A stretch of DNA of 64,000 nt, taken from assembly GCA_019704295.1 (NCBI GenBank), contig AP024596.1, forward strand, positions 1,760,001-1,824,000, in the 5' to 3' direction. Each line of letters begins with the position of its first letter. Within the stretch, counting starts at the first letter, position 1. Positions 54,867-64,000 of this stretch are shown here, in pieces. The translations under genes were made by a program, and so were the position numbers. Origin of the DNA: Sulfolobales archaeon HS-7 (GTDB lineage Archaea > Thermoproteota > Thermoprotei_A > Sulfolobales > Sulfolobaceae). Below the pieces are notes generated by a model. That model did no database searches and was not told the DNA's origin. It saw nothing but the letters and a program-made list of their open reading frames with translations.

Positions 54867-55208
54867 ATGTCAGAGCCACTGATTACAGAATTGAAGATGC
54901 TATTCTCGGCATTGGCTGATAACACGCGATTGCAAATTGTAACCTATCTTATAGATAAAGGGGAGGCTACTGTCCAGCAAATCTCAGAGTCCATCGGTAA
55001 ATCACAGTCATTAATATCCCATCACCTTACGTGTTTAAGGAATTGTGGCGTAGTGTCCGTTAGGAAAAACGGAAAATACTCCGTGTATTCGATCAATGGA
55101 AGTGAGATAAGGGAAATAGTTAAGATGTCAATTAATCACGTAAACAAGTACAGCAAATCAATACTGGCATGCGATATAATAAAAGAACCTATTTCTGTAG
55201 AGCATTAA
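54867..55208 (+). CDS. ArsR-family repressor resembling Sulfolobales MerR
   Basis: LFSALAD.TRL, KSQSLISHHLTCLRNCG, SINHV.KYS.SILAC. Confidence 0.8.
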   Translation: MSEPLITELKMLFSALADNTRLQIVTYLIDKGEATVQQISESIGKSQSLISHHLTCLRNCGVVSVRKNGKYSVYSINGSEIREIVKMSINHVNKYSKSILACDIIKEPISVEH

Positions 55209-55323
55209 CTTTCTTAATGGGACGTTGGGAAGCTTGCGCGGAAAAACGTTTTCATGAAAGCTTTCTAATGATTACTTCTTCGGTGATTTCAAATGCTGAC
55301 TTTCCGTATTTTCACAACCATGT

Positions 55324-56085
55324 TCACAGAATTGAGGAACCTTTAATTGACTCTCCAGAATCCATGAGGAATATCCCTCCAGTTAGAGATTCTATTTTGA
55401 CTATACTCGCAGCTAATTCGGCTACATCCTCAGGCTGTAATATTTTCCCCATTAATGAAACCCTCTTAGCGAACTGTTCCTCAGTGAGGTTCAGGAGGGA
55501 TGCCATACTTTCCCCCAACTTAGTCTTAGTGAACCCTGGAACTAGAACGTTAACCCTAATACGTGGAGCCATTTCGAGAGCTAGGTATCTGGTTAGTGTG
55601 ATTACAGCTGCTTTCATCGAACCGTATACCAAGAGTCCTACAATAGGTGAGACTCCCGCTATTGATGATACGTTGAGAATTTCCCCTCCATCAGATATAG
55701 CAGAGGAAAATACCTTTGAACAATAGAGAACGGATTTAAAGTTGGTCGAGATCTGCCTCTCAATTACCTTTTCATCAATGGAATTGAGCGTTGTATAGAT
55801 TCCGATCCCCGCATTATTTACGAGTACGTCTACCTTTTTTCTATGCTTTAGCGTTGTCTCTAAGAGAAGTTTACATCCTTCTTCAGTTGAAACGTCTGCC
55901 ATTACCCCTATTGACTTTCCACCGTTCTTTACGATCTCCTCTACAGTCTGATTCATCTCGTTTTCCCTTTTTCTCGCGTTAACAACAACAAATGCGCCTT
56001 CAGTGGCCATCCTGATTGCTATTGCCCTTCCTATACCCCTCCCCGAACCTGTAACTACAACGGTTTTATCCCTTAACTCGAACGT
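55324..56085 (-). CDS. short-chain dehydrogenase/reductase
   Basis: TGSGRGIG lies upstream of the track ATG; NNAG, YGSMK; start placed at ACG 56085. Confidence 0.9.
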   Translation of the reverse strand, partial: TFELRDKTVVVTGSGRGIGRAIAIRMATEGAFVVVNARKRENEMNQTVEEIVKNGGKSIGVMADVSTEEGCKLLLETTLKHRKKVDVLVNNAGIGIYTTLNSIDEKVIERQISTNFKSVLYCSKVFSSAISDGGEILNVSSIAGVSPIVGLLVYGSMKAAVITLTRYLALEMAPRIRVNVLVPGFTKTKLGESMASLLNLTEEQFAKRVSLMGKILQPEDVAELAASIVKIESLTGGIFLMDSGESIKGSSIL

Positions 56086-56900
56086 TGTTCATCCCCTGCG
56101 GCCTGATTCAAGAGGAGAGAAAATACGTTTTTCCCAATCTTGTATCCGGTAAACTTGTTTTCGAAATTATTTACCTCTACCCAGGTTCTCAGGTCTCTAT
56201 ACCCAAGTTTGGCTAGAGCTTTTTTTATTTCCTCCTCATGTTCCTCGACGTCAATCATCTCCTCCTTCATGAAAGTTGCTCTCCATATCTCATATATCCT
56301 CCTTAATTCCCTTAGTGGTTGTTTATGATCGTCAACTCTAATGTCTATTACTTTTCCTACTGAAAGCGGATCTATTTCCCCCTCTTGATTCCGTTGATTA
56401 GTAACTGCAATAAGGGCCGCGCTCTGTCTACCTCTCTTATCTCCTCCTGCCCTATCTCCAGCCTCTAACGCTCTGACTACTTTCTCTATTATGTCCCCCT
56501 TTTCTTCTGCTACTCGCGCCATAGCTTCGAGTACTTCTTCTCCTGCCAGTATGTTTCCCTGAACTGTGAAGTTATGACCTACAATATGGGATGCGTATGA
56601 ATGACACTCTTTCCCTGTAAACGCAAAGGCGTTACCTTTAGCATCTACTACTCCTACCTGTCTCCTTTCCCTCAGAGGATCTGAGGCAACTAACCTGTTT
56701 ACTGTCTCTTTTGCGTCGTATTTCTCTAGCAACTTAAGACCTTCTACGCCGTATTGCAAGTTCGCCAGAGCTTGAGTTGCTATAGCGCCTACTCCCGGTT
56801 TTAACCATGGCACCAGTGCGCCTACAGCTAAAAATTTACTTGCTACGCCAATACCCCAAACGCTTTGGTCGGGATCGTAAATCACAATCGAAAACGTCAT
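56073..56900 (-). CDS. DUF1028 family (Ntn-hydrolase-like) protein
   Basis: MTFSIV...ASKFLAVG...ATQA...QGNIL...GGDKRG.QSAA...RVDDH. Confidence 0.9.
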   Translation of the reverse strand: MTFSIVIYDPDQSVWGIGVASKFLAVGALVPWLKPGVGAIATQALANLQYGVEGLKLLEKYDAKETVNRLVASDPLRERRQVGVVDAKGNAFAFTGKECHSYASHIVGHNFTVQGNILAGEEVLEAMARVAEEKGDIIEKVVRALEAGDRAGGDKRGRQSAALIAVTNQRNQEGEIDPLSVGKVIDIRVDDHKQPLRELRRIYEIWRATFMKEEMIDVEEHEEEIKKALAKLGYRDLRTWVEVNNFENKFTGYKIGKNVFSLLLNQAAGDEQRSS

Positions 56901-57415
56901 AGAGTATTTTTCACATGACAGATTTAATAGTTTCCTAATACTTTGGGGATCTTATCGAAGTGAGAGGGTAATCTGAGGTCATTTTCCTGAACTTTGCGCA
57001 GAACACGTCAAAAGCTTCTGAAATATCATTATAGTAAACTACAGTGTTTAGTTCATCTCCGGGAAAAAAAATATCTACTATAAGCTAAGCAGGCAATTCA
57101 GGTTTTCTTTTTGAATTCGCTTTGTTCCTATAATTTAAGAGAAAATATTACGATCATGCTCACTAAAAACGTTTAGTTAGCAGGATAATTTCGTTGAATA
57201 TCCATCTTATAATTCTTTATTATTCCAATTCGCAATAGATTTGTGATCTGCCCGTTACCGATCCAGCAATGAATTCGTTAATTTCAAACTAATAAAAGAA
57301 AGTGAACTCACAATGAATGCGTGAACGGCTCTATCTAGTTTTCCTTAATAGTTTATCAAAAATTCATGAGAATAATCGGCATACCCTTTTTAATGTTTTC
57401 AACAAACACATAATT

Positions 57416-57565
57416 ATGAGAATTGTTGAGGATGAGTACGGGAATAGGTTTTTGGAGTTTGAGACTAAAGAAGATTTAGAGGAGTTTAGGAAAATGTTAA
57501 TTGAAGCTTATTATGAGCTCAATCCCGACCATAAACGTCCTTGTGAGACCCAATCTCCCAAATAA
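57416..57565 (+). CDS. small acidic hypothetical protein (49 aa)
   Basis: MRIVEDEYGNRFLEFETKEDLEEFRKMLIEAYY; TTTTTAAT element about 25 nt upstream of ATG 57416. Confidence 0.55.
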   Translation: MRIVEDEYGNRFLEFETKEDLEEFRKMLIEAYYELNPDHKRPCETQSPK

Positions 57566-57830
57566 ATATGATACAGTTTTTCGGATCCACGCTGAATAGT
57601 ATCCTTATATCGCCCGTAACTTCTATTGAGAACATCGAATTACCGTATATGTCTCTTCCAAGTTTCTCTCTGGCATATTTGAAAGGATTTTCCTTCAATA
57701 ACTCCAACTTATCGACTATTAACATCAAAACCTCTAAGTTGGAAAACCTCCTAACCACAAACTTAGCTAGATCTTTAACGTCTCTAACATCACTCGTCAG
57801 AAACCTCATATTCCACTTCTCGCAGACCAC
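57519..57830 (-). CDS. RelE/ParE-family toxin-like protein
   Basis: KLELLKENP...L.....FSIEVTGDIRILF......IFIWEIGSHKDVY. Confidence 0.8.
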   Translation of the reverse strand: MVCEKWNMRFLTSDVRDVKDLAKFVVRRFSNLEVLMLIVDKLELLKENPFKYAREKLGRDIYGNSMFSIEVTGDIRILFSVDPKNCIIFIWEIGSHKDVYGRD

Positions 57831-57961
57831 ATTAACATAAAAAGAAAGACATATTTAAGAATCTTTTTTCTTCGTATATTATCCCATTAGAAATAATAAT
57901 ATATGTAAATAATATTATACACAATTAATAGAAACAGAAAACCGATAAAGATTGCCAAACC

Positions 57962-59180
57962 ATCAGTCTTGTTTGCCAAAAAATCTCATTTTTGTAAGAT
58001 ATTATTAGTATAATTCATGTATAAAAATATAGGATTAAGTTAAATTAAAAGAAATAACAATATGATATGTTTAGTCAAAATCTGCTACATTTTACAAGTT
58101 AATGATAACAAAAGGAAGAAATTCTGAATTTATTTCACGAGTCCAAAACGAGGTACATAGTCCACCCTGAAGCTTGAAAACGTCTAGAGGAGATTGACGA
58201 ACTGGTCAAGCATGAAGGGCTTTTCTTTCGGTGCCTTGAAGTTAAACAAGAGGTAGAAGTACAAGTTTCAGGAAGTGTCGAGAAGTGGGTAGATCAGGTA
58301 GAGGTAAAGCTTGTTGCACAACCTCCTAATAAGTTCTATTCTAGCCTTCCTCGTCTTGAGCCCTTCCTCTATTTACCACCTCGACCTGTAGGTCTCGGCC
58401 AACTCGTAAGGATCTTTGTCAACGTTTGAGACGAAAACGAAGTGCATTGGTTTCCCCTTGTGTTTCACGTAAATCACGTCGTAATAGTAGAGTCCCTTGT
58501 GATCTAGCCTTCTATAAGCAACGTAAGTTCTGTCGTTAACTGCGTGGTACCTCACGGTAAGGGGCTGGGCAAAGAGTTCCTTGACTCCCTTCAAGTTAGT
58601 TTTCCCTCTGATCACGGTTTTAGCGGGTAACTCCTTGAGGATCTCGAGGTTGAGGAATCCAGCGTCAGCAACAACGTAACTCAAGTTAACGTGCTGTAAA
58701 GCCCTATTGACGAACTCTTGAAGAAACTCGGAGGGCTTTTGATCCCCCCGGAACTGCGAATTGGGTAACCACGTTACATCTCACGGGAGACAAGAGATCT
58801 GCGGATCTAACCTTGGCCTTTCCCGAGAAGAGTTTGTCCCCCACTCTCTCCGCCTCCTTCTCTCCCACCCTCAAGAAGGTCTCGTCGAATCCCAGCACGA
58901 TCTTCTCATTAGTGAAAATTGTACACAGCTCCCAGAACTCGAAGGTTTTACCCAGAAGTTTACCTAGCTTTTTCCCTTGTCTTACAAGGGAAATGCAATC
59001 CTTTCCTCTATTTTCCGAGAGGAGGGATTTGCTCCTCTTGATAACGTCCCGGGGATTAGAGGAAATCTTCTTAAACGCTTCCTCTACTATTAGCGAGGGA
59101 CTTGTTACGTGGTTTGCTTGTCCTCATAACTAGGTCTGGGAGGTTCCTCACTTAAACTTTAACGTTATCATTTCTACCCT
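57962..59180 (-). mobile_element. decayed DDE IS (ISNCY/ISC1217-like); ends approximate
   Basis: Broken transposase pieces LGFDETFL, YVVADAGF, LAETYRSRW; one putative end ATCAGTCTTGTTTGC. Confidence 0.65.
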
Positions 59181-59509
59181 CTTGATAATACCAAATGCAA
59201 GGTATTACTATACGTGTAAAAACTAGGTTACGTGCCTTTCTCTGAGATAAAAATCGATCTTTTCTCCACTTCAACGGAAATTTAGTTGATTTCTACTCTT
59301 AAGCGGAATTTTCCCGTATTTTAGAAATTGTCTCATATTTAGTAAAATTAAGGAAACAACTGCTCTTCCTCTAATTTATTGACGTCGTTCTTTACCATAA
59401 TATCACGTTCTATTGTTAAACTGACACACTGTTGCAAAAATATCCTTCGCTGTTGCAAATGCCTTACCTAAATAGAGAAGGTAATTCCCTTGAAATTAAC
59501 GTAAAACAA

Positions 59510-59582
<73 letters not shown>

Positions 59583-59626
59583 ACTGCGCAGTAGTAAGAC
59601 TATATCATTATTTCTATTATTTTAAG

Positions 59627-60214
59627 TTAACGTCTCCTAGGACTTCCCCCTAGATTCATGATTTGCCTTACCCTAAAATAAGAGAGAATAATCCATACGT
59701 CAATGCACCCTATTCCCCATGCCTCTATCGTGGCAGCCGAAGGCCAATGAACCGTGGCAGCAACTACGGTGGCTATTAGGAAAAGAAAGATCATTAAAAT
59801 CCCGAGGTCTCTTGATGCGAAAAGTAATGAGAGTCCGTTTACCAAAACAGCCATGTCAAACTGTATGAAAAACCAGGTTGATACGAAAACATGTGGATAA
59901 GTGCCTTCATGATACACTCCTATAAGTGCAAGGAATATAGCAGCAATGATGACCAGCGTTGCCGAGACGGTCTCCACCTTGTTTTGGCTTAAGTATACTA
60001 AATAGCTACCATATAGCGCAGTAAATAAAGCTACAACGATTAAGCCAACGTTGTATAGATACGGATCCGTCGCTCTGGGCCCACCTAGGTCGCTAAACGC
60101 ATTTACCGTCAGTTTGAACCACGGATTAATTACCACGCATAAACCTATAATCACCCAGGCGAGAACTGCTGCAAATATGCCCGTATATCTCAGGAATGAA
60201 ACGAATCCATTCAT
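59627..60214 (-). CDS. DUF998 family membrane protein
   Basis: NPWF...NAFSDLG...YN.GL...H.FVS..FF. Confidence 0.8.
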   Translation of the reverse strand: MNGFVSFLRYTGIFAAVLAWVIIGLCVVINPWFKLTVNAFSDLGGPRATDPYLYNVGLIVVALFTALYGSYLVYLSQNKVETVSATLVIIAAIFLALIGVYHEGTYPHVFVSTWFFIQFDMAVLVNGLSLLFASRDLGILMIFLFLIATVVAATVHWPSAATIEAWGIGCIDVWIILSYFRVRQIMNLGGSPRRR

Positions 60215-60717
60215 AATTCCCTAGCCATGACGAAGGCATCCTCCCCGTCCATGTAGTAGTGCTTTAAAGTCCTCACCTTCTTAAAGCCCTTCTTCTCATA
60301 CAGGCGTATTGCTACGTCATTACTTACCCTTACCTCAAGATAAACTTCCTGAGCTCCGTAGTCCGATTTCATATGCGATAAGGAGTAATCTAACAAGTTT
60401 CCTCCTATACCCATTCCTCTATAACTCGGTAAAACCGCTATGGAGACAACGTGCCCCTTTTTGACGAAGTTCGGAAAGGACCTAATAACACTAAAGCCTG
60501 ATTCGATCCTAGGCATTATATAGCCAACAACCTCCCCTTTTACTTCCGCGACGAAAAAAGCCCTCGCATACTCAACAACATGTTCCTGAAAGAAGTAGTA
60601 TGGGTAGTTTTCAGGAAGTGATATCCTGTTAATTGACATAATATCTTCAACGTCATTTAGGGTAGCGTTTCTTATAGAGAACTGCACTTCCTTATCTGTT
60701 TGCAACTCTGACCACAT
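60211..60717 (-). CDS. ard1: N-alpha-acetyltransferase Ard1/RimI
   Basis: LPENYPY, GHVVSIAV, RGMGIG, LEVRVSN, YY.DGEDA. Confidence 0.93.
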   Translation of the reverse strand: MWSELQTDKEVQFSIRNATLNDVEDIMSINRISLPENYPYYFFQEHVVEYARAFFVAEVKGEVVGYIMPRIESGFSVIRSFPNFVKKGHVVSIAVLPSYRGMGIGGNLLDYSLSHMKSDYGAQEVYLEVRVSNDVAIRLYEKKGFKKVRTLKHYYMDGEDAFVMAREL

Positions 60718-61245
60718 AAAGTTTAGGATTTAACGTTTAAATTATTTGTTAATAAACTCTCATTGTCAGGCATCTGATTTTACTATTATGGCAAGGCGAG
60801 GTTTAAAGTTAAGGGATTCACGGACCATTGTCAAATACGCAATTAACATGAAAAACTAGATAAACTAAAAAGTTATAAAATACGTCTGCCAACAACTAAG
60901 TTCGTTTAATTAAGAGTAGAATAATAAGATAAATTTATTTGTTAGGTGTTATACCAAATCTTAACATATTTTTCGAAAATTAAGACTAGAAAATGAGCTT
61001 TTCTAGTGTTATGAGTTCTGTTATTAAGGGTCTTAAACTGCCAGATATTGCAAGCTATAAGGTTAACAAGGGTGTTCAATCTCCGTGATCCTCTTATATT
61101 ATCCTCCTAATTGAGCGCTATAAGACATGTTATTTCTATATCCCCAAATTTAGTTTTTAAAGCAACATTTACTGTTAGACACAGTTACAAGAAAACCGTA
61201 ATAGGGGAATGAAGTTAAACGGAACTGTGAGATGTGTCTAGTATT

Positions 61246-61527
61246 TCATGTTACCCGTCGTAGTTCCAATACCTTTTTATAAATAAGATTAAGCGTCTTT
61301 CTTTTCGAATCTACCTTTTTAACTACTATTGCAATATTATCTTGAATATTTTTTGGATACGCCTTATTCAGTTGTACAGGTTCTAATCCTAATTCTGTAC
61401 CCGCACGGATAATCTCTTCTACTTTCAGATTAGGAATCTTCTTCATTCGTAGTCCTTTACTTTTCGTCGAATTAAAATAACTCGCCCATATTATACATTT
61501 CTTATCTTTTAATTCCCGTAAGCTCAT
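61246..61527 (-). CDS. srp19: signal recognition particle protein SRP19
   Basis: IIW.SYF...KG.R...EI..A..ELGL......YP...SK; coupled to rps8e. Confidence 0.85.
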   Translation of the reverse strand: MSLRELKDKKCIIWASYFNSTKSKGLRMKKIPNLKVEEIIRAGTELGLEPVQLNKAYPKNIQDNIAIVVKKVDSKRKTLNLIYKKVLELRRVT

Positions 61528-61913
61528 TATTCAGACACTAGTATCGCGTTTATTACACCGTCCTGTCCAGGCCTTGATGTAACGATAGCTGTTCCCTTTT
61601 CTGTTTTAATTTTCGCCCCTTTAACAATAATCCCACGTCGTGCATACTCTCTGTTGGAGGGCGTCTCAATCACCTGTAATATTTTTGATTTCTCACTTTT
61701 TTTGCTCGCTGGATCGTATACATTAGCTACTACTGCATATCGCAGTTTAAGCTTAAAATTACCCCCCATGGTTCTTTGCTTTACCCTAAGCTCCTGCCCA
61801 CTGAGTGTTGTCTCCGTCATCGGCCTTCCTAGCTCGAATTTCCTTTTCCCTCTATATCTTCTCTTTTCTCCCCCAGATATTTTCTTTAAATCTGATCCTT
61901 GGAATACTCCCAT
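61527..61913 (-). CDS. rps8e: ribosomal protein S8e
   Basis: KRKFELGR, GGN.K, RRGII.KG, VTSRPGQDG. Confidence 0.97.
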   Translation of the reverse strand: MGVFQGSDLKKISGGEKRRYRGKRKFELGRPMTETTLSGQELRVKQRTMGGNFKLKLRYAVVANVYDPASKKSEKSKILQVIETPSNREYARRGIIVKGAKIKTEKGTAIVTSRPGQDGVINAILVSE

Positions 61914-62152
61914 TAGTTATCAGATTTAGAGATCAGTAGAATGAAAATAAGCTTTACTTTTGTTCTACCTACTTTCAGTAATCGACTTGCAGAACTTCAC
62001 TATGTCTTAGGGACTCCTATATTTCGAACGAAGTTATCGAAAACCGTTTTCCATATCAACGTTTTAATGTAGTATAGCTGTGTAAGGAGAAGGTACTGTT
62101 TTTTGTATATTTAATAAGTATAGTTAAATTCCCGACGCTAAATAGGAAATCG

Positions 62153-63757
62153 TTATCCCTTCACGGGGAGAACAGCCGATTCGAATTTTTTATCAAGTTC
62201 TACAATTATTATTCTAGTCCCTGTATCCTTTAACACCTTCTCTAGCTCTTGCCCTTTTTCAACCTTTTCGGCACCAGGGAGTTCAGGTACTTTAGGCTCT
62301 TCACTCCTTTGGGTTTTCTCTATAAAGGGTGAATCTCCCTCAGTTACGTTTATACGGCTAATCCCGTGATCATTTACTACGATTAGTGTACCCTTAATAA
62401 AATTAGGGATAACTCCTTGGTAGTTCATGAAAGTATATACGTCGGTTACTCCAATCGACTTTTCGTTTTCTAATACACCTGCTATCGAAAGTCCTTTACT
62501 TATAATCGAGGTTGAGGTTACCCAGCCTCTAGGCTTATCTATCGGGAGCCTAATCATGTCAATTGTCGTAGATGATATGTCAACGTATATAGTGTCAAAG
62601 GATATTTTGCTTATCTCGTTCATAATATCATGAGGCCATATACCATCGTGGGTTTTCATTTCCTTTTGCACTTTTAGTTTCTTAAGCATCTCCCTTTTAC
62701 CAGTATCCCTTTTTTCTTTGATCTTATCCTTGAGTGAGTTCAGTAATTCCTTCAGGAAAAGTCCAGTATCTGCAACCGCGGGTAGGTGTGGGACGTATAC
62801 CTTCCCTAACTCCTCTCCATCAACGTTATTATGGACTAATAAGCCCTTAAATGGTGCTGACCATCCTCCAAAAGACAACTGTCCAAACCTTGTACCGAGT
62901 GCTAGAATTACATCAGCGTTTTCGAGCAAATAATTAGTTGCCGAAGTCCCCACCACACCTAATGCCTCACCTGCGTACAATTCGTGTGATGCTGGAAACG
63001 CACCTTTCGCCTTTATAGTGGAGATGACCGGCACGTCTAATAATTCAGCTAGCGTCTTAAGCTCGTTCCATGCATTAGCTACTAATACTCCGTACCCTGC
63101 GATTATAACCGGGTTCTTTGCATTAATTAGGAGTTCGGCGGTTTTCAACACCGAGTTCTTATCAGGAGTCTTCTTTTCTGGTATTTGCTTGCTCCCAGCC
63201 AGTGGATAACCCTTAAGCTTAAAGAGGTCCTCCGCTACTTCAGCGTATACGGGTCTTGGCCTATTACTTACTGCGTCTTTGTAAGCTTTTTCAAGGGTTG
63301 TAGTTATCTCTTCTATCGTAACAGTCCTCTCTCTTACTTTAGTCACCGCAGACAACATAAAGGGCACATCTTCATTAGTCCTTAATTCCCCGATTCTAGA
63401 TTTTGATACGTCACGATACGACCTTATGGTTCCTATCATGAAGAGGGGAATAGAGTCCACAAAGGCCTGAGCTATTATATCCATTCCCTCTAACAAGCTT
63501 GAACCAGGCATTGCTATTACTGTTCCCGCATTTCCTGAACTTCTTGAATACGTGTCTGCCATAAGAAGGGCGGTTCTCATAGTAGGGGCTATCGTAACAT
63601 CAATTTTATACTCATTAAGTTTCGATATAAGAGAGGAAATAGTATCATTCGATGTAAAGACCTTTGTAATGCCCGTTTCATTCAACGTATAGGCGATTGC
63701 TTCATCAGCGGCCATTTGCTTTCCTACAGTTTCTTCCTTTCTCTTTGGCTGACTCAT
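62153..63757 (-). CDS. acetolactate-synthase-like (ThDP enzyme family) protein with degenerate motifs
   Basis: MAD.YSR, PG, A..DSIP, RPRPV, P.IIAGYG, AD.ILALGTRF; no clear HE or GDG motif. Confidence 0.8.
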   Translation of the reverse strand: MSQPKRKEETVGKQMAADEAIAYTLNETGITKVFTSNDTISSLISKLNEYKIDVTIAPTMRTALLMADTYSRSSGNAGTVIAMPGSSLLEGMDIIAQAFVDSIPLFMIGTIRSYRDVSKSRIGELRTNEDVPFMLSAVTKVRERTVTIEEITTTLEKAYKDAVSNRPRPVYAEVAEDLFKLKGYPLAGSKQIPEKKTPDKNSVLKTAELLINAKNPVIIAGYGVLVANAWNELKTLAELLDVPVISTIKAKGAFPASHELYAGEALGVVGTSATNYLLENADVILALGTRFGQLSFGGWSAPFKGLLVHNNVDGEELGKVYVPHLPAVADTGLFLKELLNSLKDKIKEKRDTGKREMLKKLKVQKEMKTHDGIWPHDIMNEISKISFDTIYVDISSTTIDMIRLPIDKPRGWVTSTSIISKGLSIAGVLENEKSIGVTDVYTFMNYQGVIPNFIKGTLIVVNDHGISRINVTEGDSPFIEKTQRSEEPKVPELPGAEKVEKGQELEKVLKDTGTRIIIVELDKKFESAVLPVKG

Positions 63758-63848
63758 ACAGTGTATTGAGTCGTAAAATAATTAAAGACTTACCTTTCCC
63801 TTAGTAGTATAGAGAAATCTTAAATTCAGAAAGAGAGTAGTAAAATAT

Positions 63849-63923
63849 GGGCCCGTCGTCTAGCTTGGTTAGGACGTCGCCCTGACGCGGCGAAAATCCT
63901 GGGTTCAAGTCCCAGCGGGCCCA
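63849..63923 (+). tRNA. tRNA-Val(GAC)
   Basis: GGGCCCG acceptor, anticodon arm TCGCC-CTGACGC-GGCGA, GGTTCAAGTCC. Confidence 0.97.
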
Positions 63924-64000
63924 ATATTTTACGCCTTAATGTCAGCGAAGTTTTAAGGCAGCAGAACTATAAAGGAAAATATCGAACTTTTATGGTTAAA

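Noticed and set aside
55169-55726. 185-aa plus-strand ORF and other antisense ORFs in the track (e.g. 7089-7457, 35349-35786, 43134-43475)
   Set aside because: Shadow frames opposite well-supported genes
60718-61245. 528-bp gap between srp19 and ard1
   Set aside because: AT-rich, no ORF or structured RNA recognised, only short chance repeats

Overview
Archaeal chromosome segment from a Sulfolobales (Thermoproteota) organism, judged from gene content, tRNA sequences and IS types. Most of it is core genome: hem operon (sirC-hemA-B-L-C-D), cdc48/fen1, serA-aminotransferase-rpo6, aspS, the rps19e-to-alaS translation cluster, srp19/rps8e, ard1, trpB2 and four tRNA genes (Val-TAC, Cys-GCA with two introns, Asp-GTC, Val-GAC). 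Small accessory patches carry decayed IS200/IS605 (tnpB), IS5-like and ISNCY-like elements. No CRISPR array, rRNA gene or integrase was seen. Best leads: (1) several genes whose conserved N-terminus starts at a non-canonical codon (ACG twice with a well-placed SD, ATA in fen1, CTG), and ftsY, which has no in-frame start and a TTG-TTT-CGA +1 slippage-like site; (2) a stand-alone Csx26/Cas11-like gene behind a perfect 22-bp palindrome; (3) a tnpB-less mini-element keeping the omegaRNA-type right end next to three hairpins; (4) a tandem pair of RHH + V4R-like proteins heading a DUF1464/nucleotidyltransferase/CitG-like/phosphoesterase operon near a Cys-less PTPS. All family assignments come from recognising motifs by eye; no searches were run.
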